Below are positions 1-9,378 of a stretch of 33,787 bases of DNA, piece by piece. Within the stretch, counting starts at the first letter, position 1. Each line of letters starts with the position of its first letter. The DNA comes from Candidatus Bathyarchaeum sp. (GTDB lineage: Archaea; Thermoproteota; Bathyarchaeia; Bathyarchaeales; Bathyarchaeaceae). The position numbers were made by a program, and so were the translations under genes. The notes below the pieces were generated by a model. That model did no database searches. It saw only the letters and a list, made by a program, of their open reading frames with translations, and had not been told where the DNA came from. Location: positions 1 to 33,787 of the forward strand of contig JAOZIF010000042.1 of the NCBI GenBank assembly GCA_026014495.1, given 5' to 3'.

Positions 1-2
1 AA

Positions 3-1547
3 GGTGTATTCAACATTTTCTGGGGTCTTGTAATCTCATCAGTTATGTCTGCAGTAGGCGTAATGATTGTTGCAGGAATCCTTTCTGAATCCGAATATGG
101 TCTCGTTGCTGTTGCTTTGACTGGTCCAACTCTTATTGCAAGTTTTAGAGATTGGGGTGTAGACTGGGCAACAATAAAGTATATTGCCCAATATCGGTCA
201 GAGGGCAAAGAAGCAAACGTAAAAAGCGTTTTGGTTTCTATAGTGTTTTTTGAGATTGTGTTGGGCTTTTCTTTATCTATTCTCTCATTCTTTCTTTCAG
301 GTTTCATTGCAAACATACTGGGTCGACCTAGTATTGTACCTCTAGTTCAGATAGCATCATTCACAATCTTTGCCGAGGCGCTGCTGAAAGCTGCTCAAGC
401 CGTTTTCACAGGCTACGAAAAAATGGAATACCACAGCATAACCTCGATAGTTTATTCCAGCCTCAAAACTGGATTTATGATTTTGTTAGTAATTTTTGGT
501 TTAGGCCCCTTTGGTGCAACAATCGGAACCACAATCGCATACCTAATTTCTGGAGTAATTAGCGTAATACTTCTCTATATTGCAATCTACAAGAATCTGC
601 ATGCACAAGATGGCAGCGGTAAACTGGAACTGTTCTCAACCATCAAAACCTTGTTTAGGTATGGTTTACCCTTATCAATTTCATCAATTATTAGTGGATT
701 TCTAACACAATTTTTTGGTCTTTTACTTGCTATTTACTGCACAGACCTGCTTATGGGTAACTATCAAGTTGCCCTAAATTTTGGTTTTATCATAACTTTT
801 TTTGTTATGCCTATAATTACTGTGCTGTTGCCTGCTTTCTCTAAGCTTGACTCACAAAAAGAAGGGGATACGCTAGGAAATGTTTTCCAGTTTTCGGTGA
901 AATATGCATCACTTATTATTGTCCCCATCGCTTTTGTTGTTATAGCACTTTCTCAACCCGGAGTGTCCGCACTTTTTGGCGCCAAATATTCTTATACGCC
1001 ACTTTATCTTGCACTGTATGCTGCCACTTTTATTCAAACAGCTTTTGGGTACCTGAGTGTTGATAACATCCTAAAGAGTCAAGGAAAAACTGATTTTAAC
1101 ATGAAACTGGGTCTAACAACATCTGCTATCGGGCTCGTGTTAAACTTGGTTTTAATTCCAAACTTTGGAGTAATTGGCTTTCTTGCTACCTGCATTGTAT
1201 CTGGAATCCCCAGTTTAATAATAGCACTTTGGTGGATAAAGAAAAACTTCAACGCAACAATTGACTGGAGGTCATCAACCAAGATTGTATTTGCATCTGC
1301 ACTCGCATCTGCAATCACATACGCTGTAACCTCTCAACTCAATATGTCCAGTTGGATATCACTAGCGATTGGAACAGTAATCTTCATAGTGACCTATCTA
1401 ATTGCAACTCCATTGGTGGGCGCCATAACCCAAGCAGATGTACAAAACTTTAAAGAAATGATGAAAGGATACGGCCCACTCAGTCGCATCTTCAACCTAC
1501 TCTTTTCATTCATCGAACGATTGACAACTATCTTCCAACGAAGCTAA
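3..1547 (+). CDS. Polysaccharide/oligosaccharide flippase (Wzx/MATE-like), 5'-truncated by the window edge
   Basis: The frame is open from base 3 (GVFNIFWGLVISSVMSAVG...), so the true start lies upstream of the window. About 12-14 hydrophobic segments; 'SESEYGL', 'DWGVDWATIKYIAQY', 'LLPAFSKL' and 'LNLVLIPNFGVIG' are typical of Wzx flippases. Confidence 0.85.
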   Translation, partial: GVFNIFWGLVISSVMSAVGVMIVAGILSESEYGLVAVALTGPTLIASFRDWGVDWATIKYIAQYRSEGKEANVKSVLVSIVFFEIVLGFSLSILSFFLSGFIANILGRPSIVPLVQIASFTIFAEALLKAAQAVFTGYEKMEYHSITSIVYSSLKTGFMILLVIFGLGPFGATIGTTIAYLISGVISVILLYIAIYKNLHAQDGSGKLELFSTIKTLFRYGLPLSISSIISGFLTQFFGLLLAIYCTDLLMGNYQVALNFGFIITFFVMPIITVLLPAFSKLDSQKEGDTLGNVFQFSVKYASLIIVPIAFVVIALSQPGVSALFGAKYSYTPLYLALYAATFIQTAFGYLSVDNILKSQGKTDFNMKLGLTTSAIGLVLNLVLIPNFGVIGFLATCIVSGIPSLIIALWWIKKNFNATIDWRSSTKIVFASALASAITYAVTSQLNMSSWISLAIGTVIFIVTYLIATPLVGAITQADVQNFKEMMKGYGPLSRIFNLLFSFIERLTTIFQRS

Positions 1548-1607
1548 ACCTTGAAACAAAAATGCCAAATTAGCCTAACGAACACAAAAGTTGACGCCTG
1601 TTTTACC

Positions 1608-2180
1608 TTATTTTCTCTTAAGTTTTTCACGATACTTTTTTCTAAGCTTGACAATTTTTGGAGCAATAACTATCTTGCAGTATGCCGCTTCGGGATGGCG
1701 CCTGAAATATCTTTTATGATATTCTTCTGCTTTGTAGAACTTTTCGAATGGCTCAATTTGTGTTACTATAGGAGCATCCCAACTTTTTGCAGTGTTAAAT
1801 TCGTTGATTACCTGTTCAGCTACTTTTTTCTGGTTTTCATTGTGATAAAAGATAACTGATCGATACTGGGAACCTACATCTGCTCCTTGTCGATTAATTG
1901 TTGTTGGATCGTGGGCAGTGAAAAATATCTCTAGAATCTCTTTAAACGATATTATGATTGGATCAAATTTGACTTGAACAACTTCAGCATGCCCTGTAGT
2001 TCCTGTGCACACCTGCTCATAAGTTGGCGCCGCTACATTTCCACCAGAATAACCTGATTCAACGTTTATAACGCCCGCTATTTCATCAAACGCGGCTTCT
2101 ATGCACCAAAAGCACCCACCGCCAAGAGTAGCTGCTTCAATTGTGTCTTGGTGTTCAGGTCTAATTTTTTCGTTTTCCAT
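1608..2180 (-). CDS. msrA: Peptide-methionine (S)-S-oxide reductase
   Basis: GGGCFWC catalytic motif, SGYSGG, GHAEVV, QYRSVIF, AEEYH and a C-terminal resolving Cys. Confidence 0.97.
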   Translation of the reverse strand: MENEKIRPEHQDTIEAATLGGGCFWCIEAAFDEIAGVINVESGYSGGNVAAPTYEQVCTGTTGHAEVVQVKFDPIIISFKEILEIFFTAHDPTTINRQGADVGSQYRSVIFYHNENQKKVAEQVINEFNTAKSWDAPIVTQIEPFEKFYKAEEYHKRYFRRHPEAAYCKIVIAPKIVKLRKKYREKLKRK

Positions 2181-2359
2181 ATAATCACATATGTATTGTT
2201 TTATTGTAGCTTAAGTTTTCTCTTTCCAGCGTTAGTTTATGTCAAAAACCAGCATTTTTAATGATACATGAGCTGTTTATGGTAAACGTTAGTGGATTAG
2301 TTAAAACTTAAAGAATATAAGAGTTAATTACCTGAAGAAATTCAAACGGGTGAGCTTCA

Positions 2360-3076
2360 TTGAAACTTCTGGTTAGCGTTGTAGACAAAACTGAAGCTGT
2401 GGACAGCATCAAAGGAGGAGCCGACATAATTGACGTTAAAAACCCAAAAGAAGGCGCACTGGGAGCCAACTTTCCTCATGTAATACGACAAGTCAAAGAT
2501 GTTATTCCCAAAACTCTTGAATTAAGTGCAACCATCGGTGATATGCCTAATCTGCCTGGAACCGCCTCTCTTGCAGCCCTAGGTGCCGCAGTTTCTGGAG
2601 TAGACTACGTTAAAGTTGGACTCTTTGGCGTAAAAAATTCTCAAGAAGCAACCACGCTGATGACTGAAGTTGTTAAGGCTGTGAAAGAATATAACCGTGG
2701 ATTGAAGACTATTGCTTGTGGTTATGCAGATTTCAAATCTGTTGGTTGCATTAGCCCTTTGGAGCTTCCAATTGTTGCATATGCGGCAAAAGCTGATGGA
2801 ATACTTGTGGATATGAAAACCAAGAATGGAAAAGACAATCTTTTCAGTTTTCTAACTGATGAACAATTAAAAGAATTTGTTACGCAAGCACACAACCATA
2901 ATCTGCTAGCAGCACTTGCTGGCTCTTTAGATACACAAGACATCTCACGAGTATACAATTTAGGCGCAGATATAATTGGAGTTAGAGGAGCAGTTTGCGC
3001 CAAAAAAGACCGTTTAGCGGGTAAACTTGAAATCGAAAAAGTTTTGGCGTTTTCTACCTTAATCCGTGGACTGTGA
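2360..3076 (+). CDS. mfnB: (5-formylfuran-3-yl)methyl phosphate (4-HFC-P) synthase, methanofuran biosynthesis
   Basis: N-terminus MKLLVSV...GGADIIDVKNPKEGALGA, SATIGD, DYVKVG, LAGSL, DIIGVRGAVC of the MfnB/UPF0264 TIM barrel. TTG start preceded by GGGTGA; next to other mfn genes. Confidence 0.95.
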   Translation: MKLLVSVVDKTEAVDSIKGGADIIDVKNPKEGALGANFPHVIRQVKDVIPKTLELSATIGDMPNLPGTASLAALGAAVSGVDYVKVGLFGVKNSQEATTLMTEVVKAVKEYNRGLKTIACGYADFKSVGCISPLELPIVAYAAKADGILVDMKTKNGKDNLFSFLTDEQLKEFVTQAHNHNLLAALAGSLDTQDISRVYNLGADIIGVRGAVCAKKDRLAGKLEIEKVLAFSTLIRGL

Positions 3077-3085
3077 ATTAATCCA

Positions 3086-3751
3086 CTACGTATTGATTTG
3101 TGTGTAAACGGTTTTTTTGTTTTCCAGAATCAGCCTGATTCTTTGGGGATGTTTGCCATTAACAACGTAGCAATCTATCTTTGTATGCAAAATCATCTTT
3201 GACAGAGCTTTGTCGACGCTTGTTCTCTTGTTCCAACCGAGCAACTCCTTGGCAGTCAATTTTTCAATGCACTTTGTATCCCTGTTTTGTTTGGGGTCCT
3301 CAGAGAAAATGCCGTCCACATCAGTGACTAAAATCAGTTTCTTTGAATGCAACAAGTCCGCGATGTAAGCGGCTATTGTGTCTGAAGTTATATCCCATGA
3401 GTTTTCTAGGGGGTCTTTGTGAAACATGAGTTTTGAAGGCAAAAAAATTGGTAGTGTTCCACTAGTAGCGTTCTCGATTTCTTCTAGATTGTAAGAAATG
3501 TGAGAGTTTGGGGCGATATTTGACAAAAACAGCCCATACTGATCCATTGCTAGTATCGCCATTTTGTGTGCAATTTTGTTTGAGAGATTATATATTCTGT
3601 CAAGCTTTCTTACTGTATCAGCGAATACGCCTCCCCCTGGTACAACAGCTATTTTGTGGGTCTTAGCTATTTTACTGACTTGTTGGCATAGCCTCACTAG
3701 GCTGGTGGGGTCCTCTGCTAAGCTTCCACCTATCTTCAGGACTGCTTCCAT
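3086..3751 (-). CDS. mfnE: Amino-acid-kinase-family protein; [5-(aminomethyl)furan-3-yl]methyl phosphate kinase
   Basis: KIGGSL, VVPGGGVFADTVR, AHKMAILAMDQYG, SWDITSDTIAA, TDVDGI; overlaps the mfnF stop. Confidence 0.88.
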   Translation of the reverse strand: MEAVLKIGGSLAEDPTSLVRLCQQVSKIAKTHKIAVVPGGGVFADTVRKLDRIYNLSNKIAHKMAILAMDQYGLFLSNIAPNSHISYNLEEIENATSGTLPIFLPSKLMFHKDPLENSWDITSDTIAAYIADLLHSKKLILVTDVDGIFSEDPKQNRDTKCIEKLTAKELLGWNKRTSVDKALSKMILHTKIDCYVVNGKHPQRIRLILENKKTVYTQINT

Positions 3752-4812
3752 GTTACAGTTTTTCCCTCCAAACTATTCGCCACAATAAGTGCCACACCAA
3801 CCGAGGGAGACACAACAGCCGCGTCAACTCCAAGCAGTTCCTTTGCGTCAACAATTTCATTAAATCCAACTTTTTCTGCAGCTTTTTTTGCCAAAAAATT
3901 TCTGCCAAGCCCAGTAACAACTGCAATCTTCTTTGGAAGCGCCTTTTTGATTCTTTCATGAACCTGATTCAATCCGTTAGCAATCTGCTTAACTTGCTTG
4001 TCATAAACAAACTTTGCAATGTCCATAATCTCCTGCTCAGTTAACATGTCCCTGTCAGCACAAACTACTCGTGCTAACCTTGCTTCTGCATCTTTTCTTG
4101 TTTTCCCTCTGGAGTCACAGGTTTCAGATGTGTAATCTTTTTTTTCTATGTTGCCTAAAAGCAGATGTACATCTCCTGACTGCGAGAACAGCTCCGAGGA
4201 AACCCGTGTCATCTTTCCTTGAACTGGAATACAGTTAACAATTGTGGCAACGTTTGTTCGTAAAGACCCTGAGTAGACAAGTTCTCCATTCTGAAGCTTT
4301 TCTAGGTCTGTTTTGCCCTCGGCAGCAATCTTGCCATTAACAACTGGAACAATGCTTGTTGTTGTGCTTCCAACGTCTATAACAATGCAGTTTGGGTTCA
4401 TCTGCGAAATCATCCAGCCTGTTGCAGCCCAGTTTGCAGAAGCTACCTTAAGAGGTTCTTTTCGGGCATCTTTAACAGACAGCAAGTTGGCTTCCACGTC
4501 AAGAACAAATGTGGACACATCACCAAAAACTTCTATTATACAATCTAGAACGTGGTTGATTCCCTCTTTTTTGGTCATGTATGCGTCTGACAGTTCAGCA
4601 GTTATGGTAACTCCAACTCCATCCAGCGCAGTTGAGTTGGTCAACCTTTTTTTTAGCCTCTCTAAAACCCTTGGAAGCTGATTTTTCCCATTTTTCCATA
4701 CGGGAAAATACTCTAGTGCTGTTTGGAGTTCCTGTATTGTTGTGTTTTGAGTTTTTAGGAACGCTACTTTGGTGTTGGCGCCTCCTATATCAAATCCAAG
4801 AACAGTTACCAC
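3736..4812 (-). CDS. mfnF: Hydantoinase A/ASKHA-fold methanofuran coupling enzyme (H4MPT-linked C1 pathway protein)
   Basis: FDIGGANTK, GVTITAELSD, ASANWAATG, DVGSTTTSI, ELVYSGSLRT, ARLARVVCAD, GLG; sits between mfnD and mfnE. Confidence 0.9.
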   Translation of the reverse strand: MVTVLGFDIGGANTKVAFLKTQNTTIQELQTALEYFPVWKNGKNQLPRVLERLKKRLTNSTALDGVGVTITAELSDAYMTKKEGINHVLDCIIEVFGDVSTFVLDVEANLLSVKDARKEPLKVASANWAATGWMISQMNPNCIVIDVGSTTTSIVPVVNGKIAAEGKTDLEKLQNGELVYSGSLRTNVATIVNCIPVQGKMTRVSSELFSQSGDVHLLLGNIEKKDYTSETCDSRGKTRKDAEARLARVVCADRDMLTEQEIMDIAKFVYDKQVKQIANGLNQVHERIKKALPKKIAVVTGLGRNFLAKKAAEKVGFNEIVDAKELLGVDAAVVSPSVGVALIVANSLEGKTVTWKQS

Positions 4813-4814
4813 CT

Positions 4815-6038
4815 TTATTCACCACCATAAAGCGCTAGAAGACGTCTTTTTGTTCGATAAAAAGCTGATTGCGCACCCCTACTGCTATTTGATGATGTAG
4901 CAACAAGAGCATAAGCTGATTTGTATGTTTCAATTGGAAATGGAGGAGATACAACATTTTTCAGCTTGTATGTTTTGGCGATACTTTTAGGATATGAAGG
5001 AACTTTTACTTTAGAGAAGACTGCATGGCCTCTTTTTTGCACATTTTTTGGCAACTTACGTTTAATCACAGCATCAACTATTGCTTGTGCTGGATTGAAC
5101 TTTACCACTTTTCTTAACCCAATGTAAGAGCTTGTAAGCCGCGGGTTAATCTCCATCACAATTGGCTCCTCATCCGTTAATATCAAATCAACGCCAACAT
5201 AACCTTTCAGCCCACTTATTGTTTCAACGGCTTTTTCTGCAGTTTTTACTGCTTTCTTCTCTAGCACATGACAGAAAGGAACTGCTCCCCCATAATATGA
5301 TGACTCCTCATCAGGCGTCGCCAACGTAACAAACTGCTGATTCAGTGTAACAGCCAAAGCTTTTTCTCCCGTAGAAAATACGCATGCGCTGGCGGCTTTT
5401 CCCTTAATCAAGTTTTGAGCAATAAATTGTTGACTCGTAGATTCTTGTGCTACTTTTTTGATTGCCTTTTTTATGTCTGTTTCATCTCTGATGATGCTTA
5501 ATCCTCCACAGCTAACCCCGTCTATTGGCTTAAAGACCAATGGATAATCCAACTGTTTGGTTAGATGTCTGATGTTTTCGGGTTTTTCGTTGATGTTTAG
5601 TAGCACGGTTTGTGGAACTTTTAGCCCTAGTTTCTTTAGTCTTTCATAATTTGTCATCTTGTTTGAAACCTGATTTATGGCGTCAACTTTGCAGTTAAGG
5701 GATGTTCCGTCCGAATCAACTATGGTCTCTAAAAGTTTTTGTAATATTTGGTTGGACTCTGGAGCAATCGCATAAACGGCATCAACCAAACTTGAAAGCT
5801 CTCTTAGTTGCACCTGAACTTCGTTGGGACTTGATATCCAGATTATCTTGTCTGCTTCGTTAGGAGGATTAAACACTCTTAGTCTTGAATCCAAAAATGT
5901 TGTAACCTCATGTCCAGCAGCTTTGTAGTCAGCAATTAAGCTCTGTAGCATTGCGTAGCCTTCGCTGAGTATGCTGCTTGGAAGTTTCGTGTTGGCGTAT
6001 CCGCCTCCAGAAACGTACTCAAATATCAAAAGATTCAA
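4815..6038 (-). CDS. mfnD: ATP-grasp tyramine--L-glutamate ligase
   Basis: IFEYVSGGG, SEGYAML, IAPES, KPIDGVSCGG, GYVGVD, EINPRLTSSY; mfn context; TTG start after GAGGG. Confidence 0.88.
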   Translation of the reverse strand: MNLLIFEYVSGGGYANTKLPSSILSEGYAMLQSLIADYKAAGHEVTTFLDSRLRVFNPPNEADKIIWISSPNEVQVQLRELSSLVDAVYAIAPESNQILQKLLETIVDSDGTSLNCKVDAINQVSNKMTNYERLKKLGLKVPQTVLLNINEKPENIRHLTKQLDYPLVFKPIDGVSCGGLSIIRDETDIKKAIKKVAQESTSQQFIAQNLIKGKAASACVFSTGEKALAVTLNQQFVTLATPDEESSYYGGAVPFCHVLEKKAVKTAEKAVETISGLKGYVGVDLILTDEEPIVMEINPRLTSSYIGLRKVVKFNPAQAIVDAVIKRKLPKNVQKRGHAVFSKVKVPSYPKSIAKTYKLKNVVSPPFPIETYKSAYALVATSSNSSRGAQSAFYRTKRRLLALYGGE

Positions 6039-6079
6039 ACTTTGCCCTCACTGTATCTGTTTTGTTATAGGGAACCATA

Positions 6080-6811
6080 ATGAAAATTATTCCTGTGATT
6101 GACGTTTTAAATGGTATTGCCGTCCATGGGGTGCGTGGCGAAAGAAAACAGTATCAACCACTAAAAAGCGTTCTATGCAAGTCTCCTGACCCGCTGGAAA
6201 TTGCTTGTGCTTTTGGGTCGTTAGATTTTGATTGCCTGTATTTGGCGGATTTAGATGCAATCTTAGCAGAGTCAGCTAACTTGAACATATACACGCGGAT
6301 TGTAAAAAAAACAGGTCTTGATTTGATGGTGGATGCAGGAACCTCAGGGCTCACCCAAGCCCGTGAAGTTATGAAAACAGGTTTGTCCAAGATTGTAATT
6401 GGCTCTGAAACTTTGAACAGTTTAGATTTCGTGAGCCAAGCCATCAGCGCCTTTGGCGCAGACAAAGTTGTAGTAAGTATAGATAACAAGGAAGGGAAAC
6501 TCTTGGGTGCCTCAGCGGCTATCCGTTCAATGGATGCTGTTTTGTTTTCTCATAAGCTTGCATGCCTAGGTGTCCGTCATGTTATTCTATTGGAGTTAGA
6601 CCGAGTGGGAACTGAGCACGGAATCAACTTGACTCTTATACGAACAATTCTTAAAGAGAGTGGAGTTGATGTGCTTGTTGGTGGAGGAATAAAAAGCCTC
6701 CAAGAACTGGAGACACTAAGGGCACTTGGTGTTTCTGGTGCATTAGTAGCCACTGTTTTGCATAACGGAAAAGTGACTATTGATGAGCTCAAAACCGCAG
6801 GTTTCTTGTAG
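6080..6811 (+). CDS. HisA/HisF-related TIM-barrel protein of the type associated with methanofuran/H4MPT genes; function unknown
   Basis: IIPVIDV, LYLADLDAI, VDAG, IVIGSET, VVVSID, LDRVGT, VGGGI. 'AVHGVRGERKQYQPL' is the signature of the non-histidine HisA-like group. No his genes nearby. Confidence 0.8.
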   Translation: MKIIPVIDVLNGIAVHGVRGERKQYQPLKSVLCKSPDPLEIACAFGSLDFDCLYLADLDAILAESANLNIYTRIVKKTGLDLMVDAGTSGLTQAREVMKTGLSKIVIGSETLNSLDFVSQAISAFGADKVVVSIDNKEGKLLGASAAIRSMDAVLFSHKLACLGVRHVILLELDRVGTEHGINLTLIRTILKESGVDVLVGGGIKSLQELETLRALGVSGALVATVLHNGKVTIDELKTAGFL

Positions 6812-6830
6812 ATGTTACTTTAAGAATTAG

Positions 6831-8036
6831 GTGAGAAGTATGCCCGCAGAGACTGAACACAAAGCAACCAAGATGCCTGAACAGGGTTTGTCCCAAAACG
6901 CAGTCCTTGACGAGCTTGAAACAAAACTTCAGCGTGACTTAACATATTCTTCAGGCAAAATCTTGTGTTCCATGTGTACAAATCCCCACAATTTTAGCAA
7001 ACAAATCTACCGCCAGTATATTGAAAAGAACTTGGGAGACCCCAGCCTTTTTCCAGCAACTACAGAACTGGAGCAAGAAACCGTAAGTATGCTGGGTTCA
7101 ATGCTTTCTAACCCCCATGCATCTGGTAGCATCGTTTCTGGCGGAACTGAAGCCAACATTGTTGCGCTCTGGGCAGCAAGAAAGCTTGCAAACAAGGAAC
7201 GTGGCGAAGTTGTTGTTCCTGTTTCTGCACATTACTCATTTGACAAGGCATGCGACCTGCTGAATCTGAAACTGGTTAAGGTTAAGCTTAACAATAATTT
7301 CCAAATTGACGTGAAAGCCGCTGAAGATGCTATCACAAAAAAAACTGTGGCAATTGTTGGAGTGGCAGGCACAACAGGACTGGGCGTTGTTGACCCCATC
7401 CGTGAACTATCAGAAATTTCTTCGAAGTATGACCTTTATTTGCATGTAGATGCTGCATTCGGGGGCTTTATGCTTCCATTCCTTAAGGAGTTGGGCTATG
7501 TTTCTTTAGATTTTGATTTTAGTTTACCCAGCGTTTGCTCGATTACTATTGATCCTCATAAAATGGGTTTGGCTCCTATCCCCGCAGGTGGACTACTGTT
7601 CAGGGGCAAATTGTTGGCTGAAGTTGTCAGCACAAAGATTCCGTATCTGTCTGGAGATGAAACAGAGCACTCTACTCTTCTGGGAACCCGGTCAGGCGCC
7701 TCTGCATTAGCAGTTTGGGCATTACTAAAACATCTTGGACGCGCAGGATACCGAGATTTAACCGAACAATGCCTCGGGCTAACATTGAAGCTTGTCGATG
7801 GGATTGAACGGATTGATGGTTTAAATGTTGTGACTAAGCCCACCTTGAATGTGGTTGGAATAAAACCCGAAAAAGTAGATGTGAATTTGATTTTTCAGGC
7901 GTTAAGACAACGTGGTTGGGCAGTTTCCCTTTTCTCAGACTACATTCGAATCGTAATTATGCCCCACACCAAACCATTACACATCAAACGTTTCCTTGAG
8001 GAGCTGCAGAAAATAGTATATGCTATAACCAAATAG
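6831..8036 (+). CDS. mfnA: PLP-dependent L-tyrosine (and L-aspartate) decarboxylase
   Basis: ILCSMCT, NLGDPSLFP, SGGTEAN, HVDAAFGG, IDPHKMG (PLP Lys), LLGTRSGA. The start may be GTG 6831 or ATG 6840/6873. Confidence 0.92.
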   Translation: MRSMPAETEHKATKMPEQGLSQNAVLDELETKLQRDLTYSSGKILCSMCTNPHNFSKQIYRQYIEKNLGDPSLFPATTELEQETVSMLGSMLSNPHASGSIVSGGTEANIVALWAARKLANKERGEVVVPVSAHYSFDKACDLLNLKLVKVKLNNNFQIDVKAAEDAITKKTVAIVGVAGTTGLGVVDPIRELSEISSKYDLYLHVDAAFGGFMLPFLKELGYVSLDFDFSLPSVCSITIDPHKMGLAPIPAGGLLFRGKLLAEVVSTKIPYLSGDETEHSTLLGTRSGASALAVWALLKHLGRAGYRDLTEQCLGLTLKLVDGIERIDGLNVVTKPTLNVVGIKPEKVDVNLIFQALRQRGWAVSLFSDYIRIVIMPHTKPLHIKRFLEELQKIVYAITK

Positions 8037-8091
8037 TGAAATCAAATTCTGCTGTTTTAAAATGAGCCTAACCTGAACAATGTTTGACTTT

Positions 8092-9336
8092 TTACTCTTC
8101 TCTTTTTGTTGGCTCTTGAACTTTAAACAGTGTCAAGAAGAGACATGGAACAAACAGGATTGCTGAAATGAGAAAAGGAAGCGCAGGAGACAAATATTGG
8201 TACATAAAACCGCCCGAGAGTTGACCCAGAGCACTTAGAATGTTGAAAAAAAAGTTGGTGCTGCCAATTATTTTTCCACGGTTATCACGTGCTACAAAAT
8301 CTGCCATTAATGCTGGGTATGCACTGTTAGACAGAATCAATGCTACGCCAAAGCAAAGAAGACTTATTGACATAACTATGATGTTTCCGTAGACAAAGCC
8401 AATCATTCCGGGAATAAACAGTAGCCAAGCTGCCATTAATGGCTTTTTTCGTCCAAGCTTGTCAACAATTTTGCCGCAAGGCAACGCTGACAAAATGTTC
8501 ACGACGGCAAACCAACTCATTAATGCTGCCCACTCAAGTTCTGTTATGCCTACAACTTCTGTGGCGTAAAAAATTAGATTAAGCGAGCACATAAACCATG
8601 CAAAATGATAGATTGCAAAACTCCCGAAAAGAAACAGCATCGCCTTTGATTGTGTTTTTAGTGCATTTGCGCTTTCAATTATGGCCTTGGGAACGTTTCT
8701 GATGGTATCAATTATTATGTTTCCTTCAGCTGTGGTTTTTAGTGTTTCTTTGAATCTTATTCTTAAAATGGCTGCTACGAGAAACGCTACGGACACTGTC
8801 ATGTACGCAATTTGCATTCCTTGTATTAGACCAAATTTAACAGCCAATACTCCTGCAATGATGGGTGAAGGAACCGAAATATAATGAAGCAGATTTACTA
8901 TTGAATAATATGTGCCTCTTTTTTCTGGGGATGTTGAGTCAGCTACAAGTGCTTGAAGTGCTGGCTGGTAAATCATGAACAGGTTTTGTAGTATCGTTGC
9001 TATCATAAAGAACTGCCAATTAGGCGCGATGGCAAACAGAAAATAAGTTAATGATATTCCAAATGTCATGATTACGGTTAGTCGCCGTCTTCCATGCTTG
9101 TCTGCGAGGTATCCTCCAGGGATTTGAACCATCGCTAATGTTGCGTATGCTGCAAAGCCGATTAATCCAACAATGTAAGGGCTGCCTCCTAGTCCTTCAA
9201 TGTACTTAGGATAGTATGTGCTGGGTATTGCTGTTGTAACAAGGATTATGGCTAATGTTACTGTGTTGATTAGTATGTTCCCTTTAATGAATGAATACTC
9301 ATTTTTTAGTTTAGACAGAATAGCCAACCGTTTCAC
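8092..9336 (-). CDS. MFS transporter
   Basis: About 12 TM segments; MFS motif A twice (GGYLADKHGRR; GKIVDKLGRK). Confidence 0.93.
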   Translation of the reverse strand: MKRLAILSKLKNEYSFIKGNILINTVTLAIILVTTAIPSTYYPKYIEGLGGSPYIVGLIGFAAYATLAMVQIPGGYLADKHGRRRLTVIMTFGISLTYFLFAIAPNWQFFMIATILQNLFMIYQPALQALVADSTSPEKRGTYYSIVNLLHYISVPSPIIAGVLAVKFGLIQGMQIAYMTVSVAFLVAAILRIRFKETLKTTAEGNIIIDTIRNVPKAIIESANALKTQSKAMLFLFGSFAIYHFAWFMCSLNLIFYATEVVGITELEWAALMSWFAVVNILSALPCGKIVDKLGRKKPLMAAWLLFIPGMIGFVYGNIIVMSISLLCFGVALILSNSAYPALMADFVARDNRGKIIGSTNFFFNILSALGQLSGGFMYQYLSPALPFLISAILFVPCLFLTLFKVQEPTKREE

Positions 9337-9378
9337 TCTTCAAAAGCACTATTTTTTTACATAAACCATTTGTGTATC

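Noticed and set aside
6080-6811. Calling this gene hisA
   Set aside because: No histidine genes nearby, and the N-terminal loop matches the non-histidine HisA-like group found with C1 cofactor genes.
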